Origin: Octopus vulgaris
Taxonomy: Eukaryota
DNA: 64,000 bases
Direction: 5' to 3'
NCBI GenBank assembly: GCA_951406725.2
Contig: OX597824.1
Location: 96,410,001 to 96,474,000, forward strand
Shown in pieces: positions 25,522 through 39,859 of the stretch. Both the position numbers and the translations under genes were made by a program. The notes under the pieces were generated by a model. It was not told where the DNA came from, ran no database searches, and saw only the letters and a program-made list of their open reading frames with translations. Every line of letters starts with the position of its first letter. The first letter of the stretch is position 1.

Positions 25522-26109
25522 AAAACCACGAAAATCTGCTCAGAAACCTCCAGCTATCTGATTGGCACTGATGAGATTTCCCTGGTGTGCAAGTGTGGAC
25601 ACGGAGCAACCACAGCGGGTCATCCAGATCGTATTTAGATAGACTGTACGCGGTTCCGAGCTGATGCGTGCAGTGTTCCAGCAGCTCTTCGCACGGCTGT
25701 TTGAGGAGAGCTTTGAGTCGACTACAGTAGCGAACTTTAGTTCGTACCCGGATGGCCTGCCGAGGCTCCCCAACAGTCAACGTGAGATTCCGCGATAAAT
25801 CGATAATGGCCACTGAAATACGGTTGCACAAAGTGCAAATAGTCCGGTTTGGATGGCCTGTTCTATGAATGCTACAAGTTCATGCCAGATTTGTTTTGTA
25901 ACCCCTTGGCAAGTATTTAGAATTCTTAGTACTGCGAACCACGAAATGGTAACGCTACTGAAAAAGAAAAAAAGTCCCGACAAAGAGGACGTGTGACTCA
26001 ATTTTTGCTCTATAACTCTACTAAACAAAGAGTTTAAGATTTTGATCAAGGTATTAGCGAAATGATGGTGCTTTCTATCGGTAATCTGGTCGGGGAAGCA
26101 CAAACGCGA
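23740..26109 (+). mobile_element. L1/Tx1-like LINE relic (ORF1-like, APE endonuclease and RT fragments)
   Basis: IPIRVKNV..VLKEYGEIVEV (ORF1-like); LVAVFAP and LVLAGDWNHIFD (APE); ITLLNKEFKILIKVLA near the gap. Confidence 0.6.
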
Positions 26110-26209
26110 NNNNNNNNNNNNNNNNNNNNNNNNNNNNNNNNNNNNNNNNNNNNNNNNNNNNNNNNNNNNNNNNNNNNNNNNNNNNNNNNNNNNNNNNNNN
26201 NNNNNNNNN
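26110..26209. other. Assembly gap (100 N)
   Basis: Run of N. Confidence 1.
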
Positions 26210-26259
26210 TATATAGATCAATAAATGGTGGGGTTGTGTTGACCGCACGTGGAGAAATG

Positions 26260-26459
26260 ATAAGTAAGGAAAAATTTTTTTAAAAATGCAGAATGCTCAA
26301 ATGAAAGAAAATTTTAATAAAATGAGAAAATGATAAAATATATAAATATATATATTTATTCTTTATAAATATATATATTTATATATTTTATCATTTTCTC
26401 ATTTTATTAAAATTTTCTTTCATTTGAGCATTCTGCATTTAAAAAAAATTTTTTCCTTA

Positions 26460-26464
<5 letters not shown>
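26260..26464. repeat. Near-perfect ~205-bp palindrome
   Basis: TAAGTAAGGAAAAA...GCAGAATGCTCAAATG / CATTTGAGCATTCTGC...TTTTCCTTACTTA. Confidence 0.9.
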
Positions 26465-26510
<46 letters not shown>

Positions 26511-26522
26511 CTATGCTTGTAC

Positions 26523-26586
<64 letters not shown>

Positions 26587-26603
26587 ATATGTGTACGTAT
26601 ATA

Positions 26604-26664
<61 letters not shown>

Positions 26665-27297
26665 ATACATATATGTATGTATGAATGCATGTTTGTGCGT
26701 GTGTAAGCGTGTGTGTATGTGTATGCGTTTGTGCGCGCATCTATACAAGCGTTGGACAAAATAATATACATCCATACATGCACACACACACACACTCTCT
26801 CACACATGTATGTATGTTTGTATGTATGTATTAAATATTTTATTCACTTCCAGACTTATCTTTGAGTCCCTTAAGTAGACGGACATTGCTTCTCTTGAGA
26901 GTACTGCCTCGTAGAATACACACCCACACATGCTTACATGCACTCACACACACTTACACCTACATACAAATACGCCCACACACAGACACACCTACATACA
27001 TATATGTGTGTGCGTATATATATATATATACACATATGTATATACACAAGGACTTGCGTGTATGCACTTATGTGTATATGTATCGTAAATATGAGATCGA
27101 TCCCACTTCAGAAACAGCTGTTAAGCATCTCTCTTCTCCACTTTCCTAATGTTAAATGGTCTAGAGCTCTATTAAGTGTTCCAACACTTTAAAATAATGG
27201 TTTTGTCCCTTCTCAGATTAATTCCTTTCCCTCTTATTAACCAGATGTAAGCAATAAGCATAATATATGTTATTAACATAATATATGTTTTTAACAC

Positions 27298-27548
27298 TTG
27301 CAGCGCGGAATGTGTTTATAAGCCATTTAAAACACACAATAAAACGTTAGATTAATTTGAACATTTAAATTTAATTTGCCAAAATATTTTCGTCGCTTTG
27401 AGACCGCGACCCGTCCACTGACAAAATTCCGTGCTGCTAACGGTTTTTGTGTGTTTCAAATGGCTTATAAAAACCTCCCACGCTGCAATTGCTTTCGTTC
27501 CAGCACACGATCTCAGATCAGGTCACTTACTATGCAAGTACATCTTCG
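27298..27548. mobile_element. Fold-back element with inverted hammerhead-like motif and conserved tail (family A)
   Basis: Arms TTGCAGCG..TTTATAAGCCATTT / AAATGGCTTATAAA..CGCTGCAA; tail CAGCACACGATCTCAGATCA..TATGCAAGTACATCTTCG shared with 30960-31008. Confidence 0.75.
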
Positions 27549-27798
27549 TAATATGTTTTTGACATTATGTATATAATAAATATTATGCATTAATTAACAC
27601 TATATATGTGATTTACATTATTTATATTAATTACGTATATGTGTAGACATTGCTCTGTGGTTAAGAAGCTCGGTTTGCAACCGTGTAGTTTCGGGTTCGG
27701 CTCCACTGTGCGGCACCTAGGGCAAATGTTTTCCAACATAGACCAAGGCCTCCGATGCATGAATCTGTTTGACAGAAACTGTGTGGAAGCTCTTGTTG

Positions 27799-27831
<33 letters not shown>

Positions 27832-28094
27832 CTTTTTCACTTTTTTAGAAAAAGATTGTCAAAAGTAACATGTAAAAGCTTTGTTGTGTTAGGTACTGGT
27901 TGTCACAAAATATTACAATACATATATACATTCTTTGATAATAATAATAATAAGAAAATGTTAAAAACAGTTTACAGAAATTATGAAAAAGTTTCATAAA
28001 AAATATCAGGATTTCATTAGAAATCATATTTGTTTGGAAGTATCTATATATATAGACAGAAAATTATAAGTTCAAAAAGGTCATATTTTGGTAG

Positions 28095-28128
<34 letters not shown>

Positions 28129-28746
28129 GAAAGAGATATATTTAGTTCACAAAGAATTTTGGAGGAACTGACCTGTTTCACCATTTTATCGTAAAAGAGT
28201 CTTGAGATGAATCCCATGAAATTGGGAAAGCAGAAGTCCATTGGGAGGAAGAGACCGGACAAGGCTATGAAAACATGCCACATTCACCATAACAAGGAAC
28301 AACAACACATGTCACTGGCAACACATGTGGCAATTGTCAAATTGGATTCATCATAAACCGTTTAGACGGAAACTGGTGCCCTTTGAATGCCACATGTCTG
28401 GTTCAATGAAGGACAGTCTTCAGTAACAGTGATTTGATGACTGACACAAGATAGAAATGACCGAGAAAAAGACGGTACAATCTTTCTCAAGAGGACTTGG
28501 CAGTAATGGTGGGGGCAACGGTGGCGCAAATGCTTCGAGTCTGATGGAGACTACGCCGAGTATTGCCTTTGTAAGGAGGAAGAAGGGTTACTCTATCAAC
28601 ATGTGCAATTTTTCCCAGTGACAAATTGTCGCTCATCTGGAAAAAGGAAAAATAAGAGTGTGTCGTTAACCAGCTGGAGATGTCCTCATGGAGGGATAAA
28701 AACAACAGTAGCATCGTCCTCTATGGGACCGCCACATTTAGTTGAC

Positions 28747-28808
<62 letters not shown>

Positions 28809-29208
28809 GGTAAGACAACAAAAGAATGAAAGAGACCTCGATATTATGTGTAAATAGAGGAGTTTATCTGTAAATATAATACGCAGAAGAATTCAATGTG
28901 GACACCGAATAATTGTCACATATTATATTTACATACATACATACTGCATGTCGGTTCCAAATTTCTGGCAGAGTGAATTGCGTCATGGTGCTGCTTTTCT
29001 TACAGACGGTGACCAACTGACCCTACTATACTGTGTAGTCGACAAAATAAAAAATAAGCAATGTGCATGCGCGAAAATAAAACCGTAAAATGGGGACAGT
29101 TTACCCATCGCACCCTGCATATATAAATATATACACATACGACCGCGTGTGTACCGTTGGCGATTTTTTTCCTCTGTCTTCCCTTCTCTGGATCTTTCCT
29201 TCTCCTAT

Positions 29209-29243
29209 GTTTCCGACGAAGAGCTCCGCTCGAAACGTTAAAC
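29209..29243 (+). ncRNA. Minimal type-I hammerhead motif (U4C variant)
   Basis: GTTT-CCGACGA-A-GAGC-TCC-GCTC-GAA-ACGT-T-AAAC; palindromic stem III ACGT; lies in a ~200-bp repeat between TA tracts. Confidence 0.7.
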
Positions 29244-29436
29244 CCTCTTTCTTTCCTTCTTTCCTGAGCGTCCAATAATACTATTTGTTCCACGTCTTCG
29301 CGTTGTTGTGTTTTTTTGTGCTTTCTTGTTTGGATTAACTTTATATATATATATATCAATAATACAGTGATTGTTTCTTATCAGGAACAAAATGTTTAGT
29401 AGGAATGCCATAGAAGTGCTCAATTGAAAGAGACAA

Positions 29437-29642
29437 ATATATCAAACTAAGGTTACAGAGCAAACAAATGCAAGGTCATCCACATAACATTTCATATCTC
29501 GAACATTTAATCATAGAATATACATTTATGACACATCTTCCGTGATGTCATAAATGTATATTCTATGATTAAATGTTCGAGATATGAAATGTTATGTGGA
29601 TGACCTTGCATTTGTTTGCTCTGTAACCTTAGTTTGATATAT
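29437..29642. repeat. Perfect palindrome, ~98-bp arms and 12-nt loop
   Basis: ATATATCAAACTAAGGTTACAGAGC...ATGACA-CATCTTCCGTGA-TGTCAT...GCTCTGTAACCTTAGTTTGATATAT. Confidence 0.92.
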
Positions 29643-30017
29643 ATATATATATATATATATATGGGTAAAGGGTAAAGACCCCCTTCGGTCATGAATGACC
29701 ATGGGATTGCACCTAGAAAGTTACCCTCCTAGACACAAGTCCGGGCAAGGTTGTTTATGGAAGACCAGCAGTCGCCCATGCATACCAGCCTCCCCTCTCC
29801 ACGCCACCAGTGTTATCCAAGGGAAAGACAAAGGTCGATACAGCTTGGCACCAGTGACGTCGCAACTCATTTCTACAGCTGAGTGAACTGGAGCAACGTG
29901 AAATAAAGTGCCTTGCTCAAGAACACAACACGCAGCCCGGTCCGGGATTCGAGCTCACAACCTCACGATCGTAAGCTCGACGCTCTAACCACTGAGCCAT
30001 GCGCCTTCACATGCGCC

Positions 30018-30098
<81 letters not shown>

Positions 30099-30104
30099 TA
30101 TATA

Positions 30105-30135
<31 letters not shown>

Positions 30136-30742
30136 TGGTGGTTGTCTACCCCTTATGCAGAGTCTGACTACCTCTTGGACTTACACTTTAGAACCATCAT
30201 GGCGTCTGATGTGGCTTTTTAAGCCAGACATATTGAGAAGACATCCACAGAGGCTGCAAATCCAATTTGGATCAAGGGCTGCAGCTCAGTTCTGACCTTT
30301 GTGGATCTTAAAATGTCTTTTGAGTCCTCTGTTAGGTTTGCAGACCTTATTGTATTCATGGTATTAAAGAGTGTGTAGAGATATATAGGCAGAAAAAAGT
30401 TGGTGGAGGTTCGTTTCTCATTGGGTCCTCAAATGGGATTTGAGTCCAGCAAAAGAAAACCATGGTGGTCACAAGCATTATGTGTGTGTGTGTGTGTTTG
30501 TGTGTGTGTGTGCTCCAGCATGACCGCAGCCACATGGGTGAAACGAGTAAAAGAATAAGAGTAAAGAGGATATACATACATACATACATACATACATACA
30601 TGCATACATACATACATCCATCCATCCATCCATCCATCCATCCATCCATCCATCCATCCATCCATCCATCCATACATACATACATACATATATATATGTG
30701 TGTGTATATATATATATGTATGAATGTATGTATGTATGTATG

Positions 30743-30813
<71 letters not shown>

Positions 30814-30893
30814 AATTGCAGCGTGGAAGGTGTTTGTAAGCCATTTAAGAAACACACAAAAGCCGTTCGATTCACTTCAACACTTAAGTTTAA

Positions 30894-30944
30894 TTTGTCA
30901 AAATATTTTCGTCGCTAGCAGACCGCGACCTGTTCACTGACAAA
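30894..30944 (-). ncRNA. Minimal type-I hammerhead motif with G3-C8 core swap
   Basis: TTTGTCA-GTGAACA-G-GTCGC-GGTCTGCTA-GCGAC-GAA-AATATT-T-TGACAAA; 7-bp stem I, 5-bp stem II, palindromic AATATT. Confidence 0.7.
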
Positions 30945-31007
30945 AATCCGTGCTGCATCTCAGCACACGATCTCAGATCAAATCACTTGCTATGCAAGTA
31001 CATCTTC

Positions 31008-31053
<46 letters not shown>

Positions 31054-31061
<8 letters not shown>

Positions 31062-31187
31062 ATATTTCGGAATGGTCATTTTGCCAGTTTAGCCAATAAA
31101 AACACACGCACTATATATTTGGTGTTATTTTGCTTCAGTGTTTTACATGAACGTATATAAACAGAGGATACAAATATTACAGGCAGC

Positions 31188-31218
<31 letters not shown>

Positions 31219-31551
31219 TAAACATAGACGCACATAGAGATGTAAGCATGCGCAAATGAAGACATACAATAGAAATACAAAATGGCTGACGGTTAGTAAG
31301 GAGAGACACAAATAAGAAAGAAGAAAACAAAGGATCACTGATGCGGTCACAGGAGTGTGACGAAAGAACTCTGGCCGAAATAAGATTAAGATTAATGTAA
31401 AAAATAAATAACACTGAAGCAAAATAACACCAAATATATAGTGCGTGTGTCTTTATTGGCTAAACTGGCAAAATGACCATTCCGAAATATAACAATATCT
31501 GTTTCAACACACGACTTCACATAAAAAATCTTGCACAACAAATATATAAAC
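31054..31551 (+). mobile_element. Fold-back element (family B): ~89-bp inverted arms, internal hammerhead relic (31333-31376), 3' tail
   Basis: Arms at 31054-31142 and 31410-31498; CTGATGC-G-GTCAC-AGGAGT-GTGAC-GAAA; tail CTGTTTCAACACACGACTTCAC, related to 62003 onward. Confidence 0.78.
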
Positions 31552-31621
<70 letters not shown>

Positions 31622-31673
31622 ATATATACATATACATATATATATATATATATATACATGTATATATATACAT

Positions 31674-31716
<43 letters not shown>

Positions 31717-32181
31717 AATACACCCCCTACACACATATATATCATATATACACACATATACACGCACTCACACACGCACACACACACACACACACATATA
31801 TGCATACTTTTATTCTTTTATTTGTTTCAGTTATTTGACTGCGGTCATGCTGGAGCTCCGACTTTACTCGAGCACCAGGGCTTATTCTTTTGTAAGCCTA
31901 GTACTTATTCTATCGGTCTCTTGTACCGAACCGCTAAGTTACAGGGACGTAAACACACCAACATCGGTTGTCAAGCTATGCTGGTGGTAGTGTGTGTGTG
32001 GAGGGAAACAGAGAGACATACACAAATATATACACGACGGGCTTCTTTCAGTTTCCGTCTACCAAATCCATCACAAGCGTTCGGACAGCCCGAGGCTATA
32101 GTAGAAAGTACCACGCAGTGGGACTGAACCCAGAACCATTTGGTTGGGAGGCAAGTTTCTTACCACACAGCCACTCCTGCA

Positions 32182-32354
<173 letters not shown>

Positions 32355-32913
32355 ACATACATACACACATGTATACATACATTTATACACACGGTAACAG
32401 GAAAGATATGTGTACATTAGAGCGCACCACAATTAGTCTTTGCGAAGTAATTCTTCCCATAACTTCTCAAGGAATATTCCTGACATTACGTATTAATGTT
32501 TACGACCGAAATCTTTAGAGTCAAAGACCAGAGGGAAACGGTTGAGTATCTGTTTCAACACACGACTTCACATAAAGAGGGAAACGGTTGAGTTTTGGGA
32601 ACAGGAAATATAGAAAATACACCTGATATATACGTAGTATTCTTTTCTGGTCTAGGCAGAAGGACCCGAAATTTTTGGGGAGAGGGCCAGTCGATTAGAT
32701 CGATCCCAGTACGCAACTGGTACTTAATTTACCGACCCCGAAAGGATAAAAGGCGGAGTCGACCTCAGCGGAATTTGAACTCCGAACGTAAAGACCGACG
32801 AAACACCGCTAAGCATTTCGCCCGGCGTGTTAACGTTTCTGCCAGCTCCCCGCAATATATATATACGTAGTATTGTATACGCACAAATGTATGTATGTAG
32901 GGGTGTGTGTATA

Positions 32914-32966
<53 letters not shown>

Positions 32967-33599
32967 TCGTGTATATGTATGGTGAATATGAGATCGACTC
33001 CACTTCAAAAACAGCTGCCAACAAACCTCTCTCCTGTTTATTTCGTCACTGTTTTAAAGTGAAGGGTTCAATTCTCGTTCAAGCCTTTTGAAATGATATT
33101 TTGTTACTTCTCAGGTTGTGTCCCCACCCCTTAACGACCAGATGTGTTACACAAGCTATTAACATTCTTTCAATTATGTATAAGTGTGTGTGTGTATGTA
33201 TGTATGTATGCACACACACACACACATACACACACGTACACACATACACACATGTATATATACATACGTATATATTTTATATTTTATTTTCTATCTGAAA
33301 ATTTGAAACTCACAACTGCTTCTGTGATATGGAATATGATATGCAAACGACTTTCCCCCACCTCCTTCTCTTTCTCTTTCTCTCAACCCATACACACGTG
33401 TGTGTGTGTGTATGTGTGTGTGCAGGTTTGTCCAAACTTTAAAAACTTTTATTACCATGCTTCAAGTACTCAATACCAGCTCTATTTATTTAAGTTTTAC
33501 AATGACACAAGACCAGCATAGCTCCCTATTTTATAGTCTGTACCCAGGATTGGGGAAAAACTACAACTGACCGGTCAAGATGAAGGAAAATAATAAATG

Positions 33600-34050
33600 A
33601 CGGAAGTGAGAATTTCGAAATAGTTCGAAGAAATCATATCGAAATGTTAGAAAGGATGTGGATGTGATATTTCCAGAAAAAAGTAGATGACCAGACTGGG
33701 TCGAGATGCGATGAATGTGGGAGATTCTGCTTCAGCGAATCGGGACTGAGAAAGTCACAAAAGAAGTCATTTTTCGGGGTTGACTTGCCCAACGCCATAC
33801 ACAGCACAAGGACATGCCATGGATGCGGCAAAGGTTTGCCTGTCAGCTGAAGGGGGGGGGGGGGGCTTGAAGCATCACATGAAACTGGAGGATGACCAAC
33901 CTCCTGTTGTTGTTAGGGACAATCATGTTTGTAACATCAGCGTTGGTCACTAGGCACCTGAAATGCCAGGCCCGTGGGCCCGTGAGGCTCACGCGTGAGA
34001 CCGCTTCTGTCATGCTTCAAGCGATGGCTATACTCGGGAACGCGGAAGCA
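33600..34050 (+). mobile_element. Probable RTE LINE 3' end with decayed C2H2-like motifs
   Basis: CDECGRFCFSESGLR.. and CHGCGK..LKHHMK across frameshifts; abuts microsatellite. Confidence 0.5.
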
Positions 34051-34083
34051 TACATACATACCTACATATATGTATGCACGTAC

Positions 34084-34168
<85 letters not shown>

Positions 34169-34206
34169 CCTATTTACGCAAGTATGTGTATATATGTATG
34201 TATATA

Positions 34207-35629
<1,423 letters not shown>

Positions 35630-35630
<1 letters not shown>

Positions 35631-38600
35631 GAGCAACAAGCAAGGCAGCCTGAAACAAAACCAGCAAAAACATAGAGGGAAATCATCAAGCACAGGTCTG
35701 CAGGCCAACAGTGCACCAACAGGAAGAAACGCGTCTGAAAAGAGTAGGAAAAGAGGTCTGCACCCTTCGAAAGGCAATATGCAGAGGCTGTACGAACTGC
35801 AGCTATCGAACAACAGTCTTTTTTTAACATGGCCCAGAAGGTAGTACAGCAACTGACATGGATGAAAAAGATGCTGGCTCAAAGCCATGCATTCCAATGC
35901 ACAAGGCTGCCTCAAGTGACAGGCCCAGGATGGCCACCACTAACACCTACCCAAATATTGCACCCATATTCCTTCTGAACATTGGAGGCCTGCTACAACT
36001 CAGCAACAGAAGTAAAATTTTCTGTCTAAAAGAGCTTGCTACATGCAATCAAGAATTATGCATGGCACTCACTGAAACGCATCTAGCCCCTAATGTAACC
36101 GATGCGGAGGTACACATACCAGGGTATGCTGTATTTTCTACAGACAGAAGAGGTGGAGTTGCTATGTATATCTGTGAAGACGTTACACCTTGTATTACTG
36201 TTACATTCAAACTCAGTTTGTGAGACCTTAATTATACATATAAAGCAAGCTGATGTAGCTGTATGCACAATATATCGTCCGCTGAATACCACAAAATATT
36301 AGGGAAAATTCGAGGATAGCCTCAAACACATCGAAGAGGTATTAACAAACCTAGATCAGAACATCAACATACTCTCCCTGGGTAACTTCAACATCCCACA
36401 TGTTAAATGGCCAGAAGGTCACATCATCTCAGGGATGTCACTGCATGAACAAAAGCATGTAGAGTGATTACTTGAAAACTTACTAATAAGCTGTTCATGG
36501 AGCAAGTGATTCTCAGGCCAACCAGGAGAAGCAGCATATTGGACCTCTGCTTCACAAATAATGTGGTCCTTCTCTGTAATGTGAAGGTGACACCAACAGC
36601 ACTCTCAGATCACAACATTGTTGAACTATGTATGGTCCTGTGCGAACTGTTGGTATCTACCCTATCAGGTGGACTCAAGCCTTATCCAACCTGAATTTCA
36701 ATAAGGCAAAATGGAAATCAATTCACGAAGAGATCCACAAAGGAAACTGGTCCAACATTCTGTGTATGCAAGACACTGACTTGAAACTCAGCTAGTTTAT
36801 GTCAACAGTGCAAGCTATAAGCACTAAATATATCCCCGAAAGAAAGGCCAGCACAATGTCAAACAAGATTCCCAGGGACAGAAAAATCTTTATGAAACGT
36901 AGGTCAAAGGTCTCAAAGCGGCTGAATAAGCAACTGAAGGACAGGAAAAAGTCTATATTAATACGGACGCTCCTAGAAATTGAAGACAAGATCAAACTCT
37001 TTTATGAAAGGGGAAAGAGCGGGGAGAGAGAGAGAGAGAGGGGGAGAGGAAGGGAGGGAGAGTGAGACAGAGAAGAGAGCTGTGGAAAGCATAAACGCAA
37101 ATCCCAAAGCTTTCTATAAATTCGCAAAGGAAACAGGAGGCAAAATATAAGATAAAATAGGACCATTGTTCGAAGGGACTGACTCACTGATGGCGGACCA
37201 AGGAAAGATAAGTGAAATACATTTAAAACTGTCTTCACTTCCCCCCGTGGACACATGCAGATAAAAAATCCGGTTGAATTCTTTGATGATGCAGCTCTAA
37301 AAACGGAGACGCCAGCCATCGATTACATCAACATTGAGTAAACAGATGTAACAGCGGCCAGAAATGAAATGAGATCATTCTCGGCCACCGATCCTGATGG
37401 CTTCCCAGATATTCTCCTAAAGTCACGTAAACAGGCTTTAGCGAAACTACTTCAGATACTTTTCCAAAGTTTCCTTGCAAGTGGTAAACTTCATAAAAAG
37501 GTGGAAGCAGAGCAGAGACCAAAAACTACAGACCAATCTCTTTCACTTCACTTACCAGTAAAGTCATGGAGCGAATCATCAGAAAGAAGTTGATAATGTT
37601 CCTAGAAGAAAATGACTGACTGAACAATACTCAGCATGGCTTCATCTAGGAAGAAGCTGCCTCACACAGCTCCTTCAGCACTATGACTGGGTTTTGAAAC
37701 AGCTGCTTGACCATTCAGATGTCAGTGTGATATACCTTGACTTCGCGGAGGCATTTGATATGCCATAAGCTACGAGACCTTGGCATTGCTGGTAAACTGG
37801 GAGAGTGGCTGCATGACTTTCTTAAAATCAGAAGTCAGGTAATTGCAGCCAATGGTACCCTTTCTGAGGAAACTCAAATCCTAAGTGGTGTCCCCCTAGG
37901 GAACTGTTCTGGGGTCATTGTTGTTCATAATAGCCCTCTTAGACATGCCCACGGTTACTCGGACAGCCGATTGTACAAAATTATCACAGGCAATAAAATA
38001 CCAAGATGAGGTGGCAAACTTACAGCGGGACCTGAACTCGATATACAAGTGGGCTGAAATAAACAACGTGCAGTTTAATGCTGGAAAATTTCAAGCACTG
38101 CACTATCAGCTCACGAATGCACTACAGTCTACATATACAGGAGCCGAAGGTACTACAATCCCAGAATGGAGGCACAATGGCCCAGTGGTTAGGGCAGCGG
38201 ACTCGCGGTCATAGGATCGCGGTTTCGATTCCCAGACCGGGCGTTGTGAGTGTTTATTGAGCGAAAACACCTAAAGCTCCACGAGGCTCCGGCAGGGGAT
38301 GATGGTGATCCCTGCTGTACTCTTTCACCACAACTTTCTCTTACTCTTACTTCCTGTTTCTGTTGTACCTGTATTTCAAGGGGCCGGCCTTGTCACTCTC
38401 TGTGTCACGCTGAATATCCCCGAGAACTACGTTAAGGGCACACGTGTCTGTGGAGTGCTCAGCCACTTACACGTTAATTTCACGAGCAGGCTGTTCCGTT
38501 GATTCAGATCAACCGGAACTCTCATCGTCGTAACCGACGGAGTGCTTCCATCCACCACAATCCCAGAGTCACAAGAAGTGAAAGACTTGGGGATCAGTAC

Positions 38601-39130
38601 GTGCAATGACATTTATATGCACATTAGCAAGACGGTAGCAAAGTGCAGATAACTGGCAGGATGGATACTGAGGTCCTTCAAGACAAGAGACCAAGAAACT
38701 ATATTGACCCTGTGAGGAACCTTTGTTCTCAGCCGCCTGGACTACTGCTCCCAGTTATGGTCACCACATAGTGCCAAACTAACAGTGGAGCTTGAAGCAG
38801 TCCAACACCACTACACTGAACAGATTGGAACAGTGCAACGGATGAGCTACAGGGATAGGCTGAGAAAAGTACAACTTTACTCCCTGGAGCGAAGGCGTGA
38901 GAGATACACATGGAAAATCTTCGAAGGGCTAGTATCTAACTTCAGCATTGAGTGCTATACAAATGCCAGAACTGGCCGCCATTGTATTGTATTAAAGGTA
39001 CCATCCACTCCATCTAAATTCAGGACCAGGTACTGCAATAGTCTCGGGTACAAAGGCCCACAGATCTTCAATGCCTTGTCACAAAAATTAAGAAATCTGC
39101 ATAAGGTGAAACGATTGCAGTTAGTTCCCT
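35630..39130 (+). mobile_element. CR1-like LINE, near-complete ORF2 relic
   Basis: FLLNIGGL, MALTETHL, RGGVAMYI, PTRRSSILDLCFTN, SDHN (APE); QHGF, SCLTQLL, VIYLDFAEAFD, SGVPLG (RT); LYSLERRRERY; many stops. Confidence 0.9.
38166..38556 (+). mobile_element. tRNA(Arg-like)-SINE nested in the CR1-like LINE, 11-bp TSD
   Basis: ACAATCCCAGA at 38155-38165 and 38557-38567; sisters at 51552-51890, 56925-57222 and 61541-61902 (-). Confidence 0.9.
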
Positions 39131-39280
39131 GCTGATAGGAATACACGATTCCGAAGGGCTGCAAAGACAACGAAATGTCGTTCACTTACGGGGCGAGTTT
39201 TCTCGCCTGATTTGAGGTATTCAATGTTTTTTTAACACTTGGCGTCTATCTACAAGTCTGTCTGTCCGTCTATCTGCCCT

Positions 39281-39384
<104 letters not shown>

Positions 39385-39859
39385 CAAATATGTCTGTCTT
39401 TCCATCTCTATTTGATTGTGGACCTCTCTTTGTATATTTATTTACGTAGTACAAGACACTTAAAAATAGATCGTGTCAGATTTCAAGTGCTTTGTCAAAG
39501 GAGATGTTTGAAGAGAAAAACAGAGACGAGAGTCCTCCAAAACCATCTGTCCAATGCTGGGTCTACAGAACTGTCGGACCTCCCGACACAATTTGACACC
39601 GCTGCACCTTCCATAAGAATAGTATCATTTTGATTAGTTGCAGGCATTTTGAAACAGTCATTGGCGAGTGCTAACTTCCGTTTTATTACAGGTTATTCTA
39701 GATGCTTCCTTGATGCCACAAACAGGGCCAAACCATTTCAATAACAATAAAAACAACCCCTCTTTACATCTATGCTATCTTGTTTATTTACTTACTCCAC
39801 TTATACGTCACAGCCAATGATGTATAAGGCCAATCTCAAAGAAGATTACATTCATCCGC

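Noticed and set aside
33700-33890. Host C2H2 zinc-finger gene
   Set aside because: Frameshifted, no TGEKP linkers; better explained as a LINE 3' end.
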